A stretch of DNA of 64,000 bases. Source: Vicugna vicugna (Eukaryota). The stretch's first letter is position 1; each line of letters begins with the position of its first letter. Below, piece by piece: positions 1 to 11,265 of the stretch. The notes beneath the pieces are model-generated. The model was not told the origin of the DNA. It searched no databases and saw nothing but the letters and a program-made list of their open reading frames with translations. Both the position numbers and the translations under genes were made by a program. The DNA lies in contig MU058636.1 of the NCBI GenBank assembly GCA_013265495.1, positions 6,111,741 to 6,175,740 of the forward strand, in the 5' to 3' direction.

Positions 1-339
1 TCTTCCCCAAGTCTGCTTCCAGGATCCTGACAGGAACAAGGGTAGTAACATCCTAACCTCCCACTCACAGATGCAACAGGGAAGAGGGCAAAAGGGCTTA
101 TGGGGCAGATGTTGGAAGGAAGAGACAGTGTGGAGCCCAAGGAGCCAAGGAGCCATCCCAAGGCTTCGGGGAGATGGTTAGAGGTGGGACTGCACACGAG
201 CCAAGTCTCCGAGTCCCTGAGGCTTGCATACTTCTTTGTCCCTCCTTCTTCACATACCAGATACAAATGGAAACAAATCTTTCAAGAATTTCAAGATGGC
301 AACCAAAGAGCATTAAAAACCAAGGGTGGAAGACTTCTG

Positions 340-564
340 AGCAAGAGCCTTACGTGACTTCCCACGTGTGCCTGGTGAAGCCTGCCCTGCCACCACCAAA
401 TGCCAGTCTCGTGAGTGAGGACACTGTGGTCCTGTGAACCATCCCAGAGCTCCAGGTGGAAAACCACTCAGTCAACCCACAAAACCATGAGAAGTAACAA
501 ACAGTTGGTGCTTTAAGCCACTAGTTTTGAGGTGGTTTATTGCACGGTACTTGATAACCAAAGC
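340..564 (+). mobile_element. MaLR solo LTR remnant (MLT1 family), 3' part
   Basis: Ends in 'ctttaagccactagttttgaggtggtttattgcacggtacttgataaccaaagca', resembling the MLT1 3' terminus; 5' boundary uncertain. Confidence 0.7.
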
Positions 565-1354
565 AGCTGCTGTCATCATCCGAGACATTATGGAGTCACT
601 GAGAAGCATAAGATATAATTTCCTCCCTCAAAAAAGCTTACAGTATAATTAGCAAGAAAAGAAGACATGAAAGAATTATGGACCAATAACAGACAACATA
701 CAATCAAGTAAGAAGGAGAAAATTGGAAAAATTAAACATGAAGACAGTTTAAAAACAGGAGGTGGGGAAGGGTGGTTAACTTATTCAGGGAAGGATTCCT
801 GTGTCAAAACCATGAACCAGACCCTGAAGCATGTAGCATCTGGACGCTTGACTATGGCTGACCCTGCTTGACTGTCCACTCCACTCACGGGGAGGCAGCA
901 TGTGCACATTAAAGCACATAAAATCCAGTCCTGGATTAAGAGCCTGAGCCGCTCAGGTTCCTGTACCTCATCCCTACCTCCTCCCTCCTTTCCATCTCTT
1001 GACCCAGGCATTATTCTTGCCTCTGGCCGCCAGTCTGATACACAAATCAATTTCTGCTGGCCTCTGATCTTGTTTTAGCTTGCTGCTCAGGTTTTCTTTC
1101 CTCCACAGCTCGGAGACATTAAAACCTCTGGGACCCTCCCCTAGCTCTAGGACTCTCTCTCCTAGACATAGTACCCACTGTGAGTACACAAATTTGAAGC
1201 TTATTAGTATATAAAATCAACTTGTAGGTTTTACACAAAGCGCCATTTCCCACACTTACTCGTCCATGGAACCCTCTTTTCCCAGACCATATTTTGTTTC
1301 CTCAGATTACCGTTCAGGAAATGAGACTTTAGACTAAATTTCTACAAGTTGATT

Positions 1355-1428
1355 TGTAGCATCTATATTTTTAGCAGTCTCCCCAGATGACTCAGATGTG
1401 CACCAAAGTTTGAGAAATACTGTTTTAG
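1355..1428. mobile_element. MER5-like hAT-Charlie terminal fragment
   Basis: 'ctccccagatgactcagatgtgcaccaaagtttgagaaatactg' resembles the MER5A/B end. Confidence 0.65.
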
Positions 1429-1749
1429 AAATAAGTGGATTATAATAGTCTTCTTGTAACTTTTGATCAGTCTTGCTCATCCTTTAAGACTCAAATATGA
1501 AACCCCTCAAAACTCCATAAACTTTCATAATTACAACTGAATTTCTTTGCTACTTGACAGTTATTGTAGTTTAAATTTGAGACATATAATCTTTGCTTAA
1601 ACATTTTATTATATTGGATCTTTATTTTCTCGCCCTCTTCATGGCACTAGGATTCAGGACACCTGAATCCTTTTAAGGCTATTCTACTAAGTAGTTTGAC
1701 CCTTTTCTGTAATATGTTTTTTAACATTCAATGCAAACAGTCTGATGTA

Positions 1750-2100
1750 GTAGATTCTGGAATTAGACTGACCTGGGTTTTAAACCTTGGTTGTAGCCCT
1801 TACTGGCTGTGTGACTTTAGGCAAATAATTTGAGATTTCTGGGCTTCAGATTCCCTGGCTGAAAATCAAAATAATAATATGCACTTTAAAGGCTAGTTTT
1901 ACAAATTAAAAGAGCTTCGCTATACAGCTAGTAAAAATACTGCTACTTCAATAAATACTAGTTTGCTCTCTTCTCTCTCCCATGCCTCAGTCACATGAAG
2001 GGCAAAAGTGGCTAATAATGTTGTTTTACCTGTCTGCCAGGGAGCTGTAGAAATAAAATAAAATCACATAGGTTGAAAAATGCTTTGAAATAGTTAAAGT
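1750..2100 (+). mobile_element. MIR SINE(s), probably two pieces
   Basis: MIR core 'ctgggttttaaacc...cttactggctgtgtgactttaggcaaataattt', then a second MIR-like 3' segment. Confidence 0.7.
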
Positions 2101-2949
2101 CATTTTATAAATGGAGATAACAGTATTTTCTGCTGATAAGATCTGAAGTTTCTTGAGGGAGAATTATTTCCATTTTAAAATATGTAACATTTTGATTTCA
2201 ATTTGAAACCAAAATAAAAACATTTAAATGGTGTTTATATATTTGTATATTCATTGAGTATTTACTAGTGATGGTGCTAAATTAAAAATTCTTGACTCTA
2301 GACTAATACTCATATTGCTATCCTGGTTTTGTATATGTTTTCCACATTTCTTCTTTTGTATAAATTTTAAATAAACCTATAAATGCACTTCCCCTGCCCC
2401 TTACACACACAAAAGAAATTTTTCACAGCCTCACTGACAGTTTTAATGGAGGTGAAGTTTACATGCATATCTCATTTCCTGGTTTGTGCAAGGTTAGGGC
2501 AGTAAATATTGAAGGGAAATGGAAAATGAAACTCTTGGTTATGGTCAGTTTGTCTAATAAAAATGACCCCATGTATTTTTATTTGAATTTAAATCATACC
2601 AGCAAAGGCTTAGCATTCATAAAGTCCTTTTATAATTCTCACAGATTCTGATAAGTGAGTGCAGAATCCCACAAATGCAAAATAATGATATCCTTAAAAT
2701 TGAAAACCAAGAACTAAAAACTTCATTATCCCAATATATCTCTTAATGTCAGAAAACATAATGCGAGTTCTCTGAGTAAGATTATATTGACTGTGTGTAC
2801 AATTTGGTCTATTAGTATGCTCCATTATTTAGAATTTGTTAAATCCTGACTAAAAATCTCTGTGTTAGCAGTTCTTGGCTAAATTATAAAAAGTAATAAC
2901 AACTGCATTATCACCTCCCAGGGAGAAGCAGGTTTGTCACAATGGGTAA

Positions 2950-3510
2950 TGTCCTTCCGACCGAGGCAGCATCAAGCACACTTCGCGCATCCGCTGCGCG
3001 GGGCGCTGATTTGATTTTCCTCGCACAGACGATACATACTGTCTTCAGCTTCTGCTGAGAAAAGGGATGTGGTCAATGATTCCATTTATTAAGTTGAGTT
3101 TGAGGTCTGTGTGCCCCTGCCAATCTATTATCGGTTAAACCTGTGGAGACATGCCTTCCTCCAAGAATAGAGGCTCTGTATTTTTACATCCTCAGTCTAA
3201 CAGAAAAATGGTATTATTATTATTTCAGTTTACAGGTGGGAGATTAGAGGCAAGTCAGTAGGGGAGGCCCAGAGCTGCAACGCACTCTAGCTTTCTTTCC
3301 TCCAAAACAGGGGCACGGCTGGGAGAATTCTTGACCCTGGTTACCTAACAGGAGACAAAACTGCTGATACACAACCTGGCGTGTCTGCCACTTCAAGTGA
3401 CGTCATCTTTAGCGGACACCCTCCCTGTCTGAGTGAGCAGGTTGGGTGATGCTACAAGGAGCTAAACCAAGAGCGTCCTGGACCGGGGAGACAGACACCA
3501 TTTGCATTTC
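2950..3510. promoter_or_regulatory. Candidate cis-regulatory element (CpG patch, CRE, octamer)
   Basis: About 10 CpG in 2957-3031; TGACGTCA at 3398-3405; ATTTGCAT at 3500-3507. Motif evidence only. Confidence 0.3.
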
Positions 3511-3625
3511 ACCCAGGGGACTCTGCCAGGACTTTCTCTGCATGATCACCCTCATGGCCTCTTGAGGGAAAGGAACTCAAAAAATTTAAGACTGAGACTC
3601 AAGTCCTGGGACATCAGTACTAGAA

Positions 3626-5678
3626 TTTCTTTTTAAAACTGTGGTAAGAACACTTAACATGAGATCTGTACTCTCAACAAACTTTTAAGTGCACACTATC
3701 GACTTGTTAGCTGTAGGCACAACATTATACAGCAGATCGCTAGAACTTACTCATCTTGTCTAATTGAAACTTTATACCCATGAAAAAGCAACTTCCCATT
3801 TCTTTCATTAATGTTGTATAGTTTTCAATGTAGAAGTGTATTACATCCTTGGTTAAATTTATTCCTAAAAATTTTATTAATTTTGAAGCTATTATAAATG
3901 GGATCTTTAAAAATTCCTTTTCAGATAATTTATTATTAGAGTATAGAAACCCAATTGATTTTTGTATATGGATTTTGTATCCTACAACTTCACTGAGTTA
4001 TTAGTTCTAACAGGTTTTTTGTTGAGTTTTTAGGGTTTTCTGCACATATGGTCATATTATCTGCAAACAGATATTATTGTAATTCTTTCTTTCCAATTTG
4101 GATGCTTTTAATTACTTTTTCTTCACTAGTTGGTCTGTCTAGGCTTTACAGTGCATGTTGAGTCGAAGTGATGAGGGTGGGCATTCTTGTCTTGTTCCTG
4201 ATCTTAGAGGGAAAACTTGCAGTTTTCACTATTGAGTACAATGTAAGCTGTGGGCTTTTCATATATTATTTTTATTATGTTGAGGTACATTCCTTCTATA
4301 CCTAGTTTCTTGAGAGTGTTTACCATGGAAGGGTGTTGAATTCTGTCAAATGCTCTTTCTACACATGTTAAAATGATCATGTGATGTTTATACTTCATTC
4401 TGTTCATGTGGTGCTTCATATTAATTAATTTGTGTGTAATAAACTATCCTTGCGTATAAGTGATGAATTCCACTTGGTCATGCTGTGGGACCCTTTTAAT
4501 GTGCTGTTGAATTTGGTTTGCTAGTATTTTGTTGAGAATTTTTGCATCTGTGTATAGCAAGGATAATGGTCTAGTCTTTTCTTTTTTTCTTGTAGTGTCT
4601 TTGACTTTGGTATCAGGATAATATTGGCCTTACAAATTTAAGATTTGAAAATCTTCCTCTTCTTCAATTTTTGGAAGAGTTTAAGAAGGATTATTATTAA
4701 TTCTTCTTTCAACATTTGAGAGAATTCATCAGTGAAGTCATTTGGCCCTGGACTTTATGTTGGGAGGTTTTTGATTACTGATGCAATCTCATTCAGTATT
4801 AGTTCAGATTTTCTGTTTCTTCATGATTCAGTCTTGGTCGGTTGTATGTTTCTATGGATTTATTCATTTCTCTTAGATTATCCGATTTGGGGGCATATAA
4901 TTGTTTGTACTAATCTCCTATGGGCCTTTATATTTCTGTGGCATCACTTGTAATGTCTCTTCTTTCATTTCTGAATTTATTTATCCAAGTCTTTTCTTTT
5001 TTCGGTCTAGCTAAGGGTTTGTAAATTTTGCTTTATCTTTTCAAAAAGTAACTCTTTAATTTTCTTTTCTATTTGTTATTTCATTTATTTCTCCTCTAAC
5101 CTTTGTAATTTTATTCCTTCTACTAACTTGGGCTTTAGCTTTCTCCTCTTTTTCTATTTCCTTGTGGTGTGAAGTTAGGCTGTTTACTTGAGCTCTTTTT
5201 TTCTTTTTTAGTGTAGGCATTTTCACTTTAAACATCCTTCTTAGTTTTGCTTTTGTTGCATGAGTTTTGATATGTTGTGTTTTCAGCTTCATTTGTATTG
5301 AGATATTTGTAAATTTCCTGTCTGATTTCTTTGACCTGTTGGTTGTTCAAGAGTGTTGTTTAATTTCTACACATTTGTGAATTTTCCAGTTGTTTACTTC
5401 TTTATTGTTTTCTACTTGCTCTCCGTTATATCCAGAAAATAATACTTGGCATGATTTCAATCTTTTGGAATTTGATGAGATTTATTTTATGGATTAACAT
5501 ATGATCCAGCCTAGAGACTGTTCCATGTATGCTGGTTGTGAAGGTGTACTCGGCTACTGTTGGATAGAATGTTCTGTATATATTAAATGTCTGTTAGGTC
5601 CATTTGATTAGTATGAGTATTTCTGTGGGAGAAGGATGGCTGGGATTTCCTATGCTACTGTCTTGCTGATGTCACTCC
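3626..5678 (-). mobile_element. Old LINE-1 (L1MA/L1MB-like), internally deleted: 3' UTR end, ORF2 EN-RT segment and 5' terminal fragment
   Basis: 3' UTR terminus 3626-3800; degenerate ORF2 on the minus strand 3801-5612 (HMIILTCVERAFDRIQHP...GIEGMYLNIIKIIYEKPTAYIVLN); 5' terminus reads GGAGTGACATCAGCAAGACAG on the minus strand from 5678. Confidence 0.9.
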
Positions 5679-5828
5679 CAGGATTAAGAATCTTAATTGA
5701 ATAGAGGACAGTTACTAATCTCAACTCTCATGAAACATCATGAGTGAGCAGTGAAATTAACCTCTAGGTAAGAGAGGAAGGCACTTCACTCCTCTGCTAA
5801 GCTCTGATAGATCATGTTCCAAATTGCT

Positions 5829-5861
5829 AAAAAAAAAAAAAGAAAGAAAGAAAGAAAGAAA
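5829..5861 (+). repeat. Poly(A) run grading into (GAAA)n microsatellite
   Basis: Read directly. Confidence 0.9.
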
Positions 5862-6679
5862 CTGAAAATGATATAAGAAATTTGAAGTGCCAGGCCTTGC
5901 TTTATGAAGTTAAATAAAAGAGATTTAAAGATTGATATGGATGGAGAACCTTCTCATATCACATCAGGATAAACAAATTGAACTCTTAGGCGATGAAATT
6001 AGATAGCCCTCTGCTAGTGTAAGTGGTGGAAGACACATCTGCCATCTAAAGGGAAAATAGAGAGGCAAGACATTTGTGGAGAAAATTTAATGGCCACTAT
6101 GGGAAGACCCAGCAAGTAGAGGGCTTGAGTCTGCTGTCAAGTAATACTAGCATAGTCACTTATCACTGGGCCATAGGCACAGAATTAGTCTCCCCAATTT
6201 TGCTTTCTTGAGGAGACCTACATTTTGTAAGCACTCTGTTGGGTACCCTGATCTTGACTGCTCTTCTCCTCACACTGCCTCCAATCCTGTTATGGCCTGG
6301 GATCTAAGACCTCTCTGTGTGGCCCCACAATGAGCCCCTTTGGAGATGCAGAGCCAGAAACACATTCATCAAAACAGCTGTCCAAAATTGGAGTTTCTCA
6401 CCTATAGAACTGTGACTAATAAACACATTTGGCACATGGCTTCAGGTGAACTTCTGTTATACATCCATGGTCACAGCTTCACATTCAGCCAAGGCACTAC
6501 TTCAAACCTGTCCACACTAGTTACCAAAGGCTGTCAAATGAGAAAACAACAATCGAAGGCTTTACAAATTTTTGCTGGAAATCCTGTCCATAATGATGTT
6601 TATTTTCTAAACCCTAGAGCACAAATGAAACCTATCAGATATAACTTGACCTTTAATCATAGTCTATCTAGTAGATAAA

Positions 6680-6912
6680 ACAGCATAACAGCTGGCTTTA
6701 GAGTCAGACAGAACTGGATTTGAATTTTATTTGTATCAATTTATGTGTGACCTTGAATGAGTTTCCCAAACTTTATATCTCTGGCCAACAATTACATTAC
6801 AGGGGAGGGTACACATTTAATGATATGCTGTATATTAAGAATTTAGCTAAATGTCTGACATATGGTAGGAACTTAAGCCTTATTAACTATCATTATTCTT
6901 ATTATTATTTAT
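6680..6912 (+). mobile_element. MIR SINE
   Basis: 'ggctttagagtcagacagaactggatttgaat...tgtgtgaccttgaatgagttt' with a (TAT)n tail. Confidence 0.8.
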
Positions 6913-7066
6913 TATCCTTTCTCCCACCTAGATTATGAATGCCTAGAGGGCATGGTCCTGTTAAATACTTTTTTAAATGACCATCACAGTAGCAGGAACA
7001 GCACTACTGTGCTGTTAAGAGAGAGCATGAAATCAAGTACTTCTACATTTTAGAGGATTTTTTAAA

Positions 7067-7230
7067 CTTTTTTTTTTATTGAGTTATAGTCATTTTATAA
7101 TGTTGTATCAAATTCCAGTGTAGAGCACAATTTTTCAGTTATACATGAACATATATATATTCATTGTCACATTTTTTTTCACTGTGAGCTACCACAAGAT
7201 CTTGTGTATATTTCCCTGTGCTATACAGTA
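7067..7230 (-). mobile_element. Young 5'-truncated L1 3' end, camelid-type, with TSD
   Basis: T-run followed by 'attgagttatagtcattttataatgttgtatcaaattccagtgtagagcacaatttttcagttatacatgaac'; flanked by TAGAGGAT at 7051-7058 and 7231-7238. Confidence 0.85.
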
Positions 7231-8859
7231 TAGAGGATATTATTAAAGGTGATACTCCACCTGGAAGCAAAAACACTGATCCCAAGGCCAATCCTTCATT
7301 TCTGCTTTCCATCCATTGCCTCCTGCCTCCCCAGAGACTTTGAACCATCAGGGTTCTACCCCTTTCAACTACTGAACTCATTCTCTGCAGGCTCCTCCCT
7401 TTCCATCTAGAATGGGCTCATCGCTCCTCTACATCAAAAACATCATCTCGTAGTCCTTTCCCCATGGCACCGTTCCATTTTCCTCTGTCCTTGTGTCCTC
7501 AGATATGATGGAAGATTGTTCCACAGGTATTGACATTATCTTTGCACCATTCAATCACTTTTTAATTGCTACTTAGAGGCTGCCCCACCCCCACATTGAA
7601 AAGACTTGTTCATCTCTCACTAGTAACCCCTGATTTATCCAACCCCAGGTCTTCTTTCCAGTCCTCCTTCTCTATGAACTCTGAATACATGGCACTGTTT
7701 ACTTTTATTTCCATCATATCATTTGCATCTTGTTTTGTTTCTACGCCAGTGTTCTCTATATTCAGGGAATATTTCTTCCCAGGTCACACACCAAATGGTA
7801 AATGATTCTTTCCTCAGACAACTTCTGTTTTCTCGAAACATTTCTCTAATTTTACTGTTCACTTTACATCAATGTAGATAATTCTAAAATTGATGTTTCA
7901 CTCCTTACTTGTGGTTCTGATTGCAGTTATCAATATTCTGGCATACTGTGCTAACTTTGGTGCAGAAATATTGACTTTTTTATTATTTTTATGCCATTTT
8001 TTGTTATTTTAAAAATCTGAGTCATTTATGCGTTAAAATGTGTTTATGCATTAATATGCTGCATTAAATTTTGAATCAAATTGGATTCATATTTGATTTT
8101 AAAAGCATCATTATACCAATGATCATGCTTTTAATCCATTTAAGCTATTTTATTATTTTAATTCTAATTTCTCAGGTTATTGTGAAGTTTGACATCTTTC
8201 CTTATGCATATTGGTCACTTCAATTTTACCCATAATCAGGACTGAGCCCCAATCTATGTTCAGAGGTCCCTCATGAAGTTGTCTTAAAATGGGAGAAAAA
8301 GGGTGTGGGGGTAGATATGAAGTTATGCAAAAGTAGAAGGGAGAGGGAAAAATACGGAAGGGAAAAAAAGGCAGCCCAGTCCTTCTCCTGAATTCCAATC
8401 ATATCTCTGTCCCCAAGACAAGAACTTCTTCATTCCACAGAACCATGGCCTCTTGAGATATTGTTAGACATTAACTTCACAAGTGAATTTTAATGATGCT
8501 CCAAAAAGAAGAGCAAATGCAATGCCCCCCTCTGGCCCCATCCTCAAGTTCAGGGCCCAGGGCAGCTACCTCTTTTGTCCTGGAGAACATGTCTGCAGCT
8601 CCATGTCCCTTTCCTTTTTCCTCCACAGTACTATCCACTCTTGCAGGGCTTCACTTCTCCTCCCTTGCATTCATTTATTTTAATCAGGACATTCTTTCCC
8701 AATCAAGGTGCCTCTGGAGACTCAAACTAGAAGGAACAAGGAGCCTCGGGCTGGTCCCTAGTCCTCTTTCTGCAGGTCAGAGAACAAGTGTTGAAGAGAT
8801 CTCTCCCACTAAAACACACGTTTCATGAGCTTCTTATCTTTTCATCTCAGACACTTTTA

Positions 8860-9890
8860 GTGGCAGTAGTTTAACACGGTAATCTGTCATTGCTGTTTTC
8901 TTGATATTGACAGTTAAGTCTAAAATGATATCAAATCTAGGTTCAATATTTTTGGCAAAACTGCTTCATGGATGGTGTATGTCCCTCCATCTGGAGGCAA
9001 GATCACATCATGGGTAGTATTATGTTCTTCTATAATCCGATGGTCTCTCTTTTTGTGATGTTAGCTGCTATTGGTGTTCAATTAACTCATTAGTGAGTGC
9101 ACAGTGATGTTCTATCATTCCTTCTTGTTATTAGCTGTAATATTTCTATAAACAGAAACCTTGCCCACTTCAATCCCCTATCATTTCATCACCCAAGATT
9201 CTCTTCTTGTTGCTCAATTTTACGTAAAATCATTTTCCCTAAACTTTTAGAAGAAAGGTATGATTCAGGATGTCGTTTCAACCTCACATTCTAGACCTTC
9301 TTCTGTTGTTTCTGAAATCACTCCCTATTTCTCTCCATCACTTGCACTGGAACACCCCCTCCTTTTTTTTTTTTAACTTTCTCTCATCCTTGTCCTGCCT
9401 AACCTGGGATCTCTTTGCACCGGTTTTTCCTCTGTGTGTAGCTTTGCCCTGGAATGGAGCTTTGCTCTTTAGACTTGAGTTCAAGGACTCAGACTGCTAT
9501 AGCCCTTTCAAACCTTACTGCAGGCCTGTTGCATTTTTCATGGTTGAGGTGTGTGAAATCTCTCTCAGTTTCAGCTGCTGTTCTCAAACTGGCTTCTTGA
9601 ATTTTGCAGGGAGGACCTGTTAACTTAGTCTGGTGTCCTCAGGTCCATTGGTTACCCTGTTGGCTTATTTTGCTTTCTTCTGTGCAGATGCTGATATCAG
9701 ACAAGTACGTAGCTATCAGTGGTTGGTGCCCACCTGCTCATCTTTTGGAGTCCGTGAGTACACTCTGTCACCTAGATTTTTGTAGATATTGGCTATAGAT
9801 TTGGGGGTTTGTTATCTTAGTTGCTCTATTTTTATGTGGTGAGTTGAAGAGATTAAAAAACCCATGTGCCATGTGATTGCTGCCATCTTC
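8860..9890 (-). mobile_element. Ancient L1 (L1MC/L1ME-type) fragments
   Basis: 'tctctctttttgtgatgttagctgctattgg...ttctatcattccttcttgttattagctgtaatatttctataaacagaaac' resembles L1MC 3' region; ends with 'gctgccatcttc', typical of an antisense L1 5' start. Confidence 0.55.
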
Positions 9891-10683
9891 TGCAATATTC
9901 AGAATTACATTTTGAATTTTAAACCACATAAATATACTACCTCTTAAAAATAAAATTTATGTTAAACTATTTGTAAACAAAATAAGAGTCTTCCACCTTC
10001 GAATACACACTCTTTCTCCTATTACCTTATTTTACTTTCTTCATACAGTATCAGTGCCTCAAATTATGATTTTTCTTTCTTCATCTTTTCTTTTCCTATG
10101 ATATTAATTTCATAATTATAGGAGATTTTTCTCGGAAGACATTTACTTAATTACATGTGGTATATAGTAACTGCAGTGGATAAACTGACAGACGTTACAT
10201 CATACAAGCAACCAAGTATTGGGACAACAGATATATTATATAGATCCTAATATTATGCATCAAGGGTACTGTGTCATTTCTGTATTATTCCTACCAAAAC
10301 ATTCTGAATCTAATTATTAGGAAGCATCAAATCCAAATAAAGTGAAATTCTATAAAAAACCGGCTGAAATTCTTTAAAAATGTAAATGTCATGAAAGATT
10401 AAGAAGCTGTTCTAGATTAAAGGAAGCTAAAAAAAAACCCTGGACTTAAAAAGTACAATGTGTGATGATGAAATAAACCAGAAAAAAAGGATATATTTTT
10501 ATTTTACTATCATGGGCATCAGAGACAATTCAAGAAAACTGAGTTAGGTCAGTAGATTATAACACTCTATCAATTATAATGGCTTGATTTGATTTCAATA
10601 ATAGTGTATATAAGAACGTCCACAATTTTAGGAAATTCACAATGACGTATTTAAAAATAAATAGGTATTATGACTGTAACTTA

Positions 10684-11100
10684 CAGTTGGTTCTTGTTAT
10701 TCACAGTAGTTATGTTCTATAAAGTTTCCATAAACACTGAATTGGTAAATAGCCATTGCTCCTAGAGGAAATAGTAGTTTAGGTTCCTGCAACCCTCTGA
10801 TCACATCATTTTCATCAACTGGTCAGTACATAATCTTGTTTTACGTGTATTTCTGTTTAAAGATACTTTAATATATGGTATATACTATATATGTTATATA
10901 TACACTATAATGTAGTATATATAATAAACTATATAATATATGCACTATCTTATATATAATATGTATTAGATAATATATATTAAATTTTAAGAATATACTA
11001 TATATTATTATTGATTCATTAACATTGAATAATGCCAACAGCACTATCACTCATGCCTGAATAAATTCTATCTAGCACAAGTATTTTCTCCATAAAGCAG
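10684..11100. mobile_element. TcMar-Tigger non-autonomous element (MER82-like), one end lost
   Basis: Begins TA|CAGTTGGTTCTTGTTATTCACAGTAGTTATGTTCTATAAAG; resumes after an AT expansion with 'ttgattcattaacattgaa...gccaacagcactatcactcatgcctgaa'. Confidence 0.75.
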
Positions 11101-11265
11101 AAATATATATATATTATCATTCTGCCTCTCTCTATATATGTATATATATTATATATGTAGACCTATACATATATTTAAATAAATGTTTATATAAAGTATA
11201 TTTATATCTGTTTATATAAATTTATTTATATAAATTATATATATATTTATATAAATATATATAAA
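10868..11265. repeat. Two (TA)-rich low-complexity tracts (about 10868-11008 and 11101-11265)
   Basis: Read directly. Confidence 0.85.

Noticed and set aside
4204..5292. ORFs resembling reverse transcriptase
   Set aside because: Frameshifted L1 ORF2 remnants, not host genes or an active element
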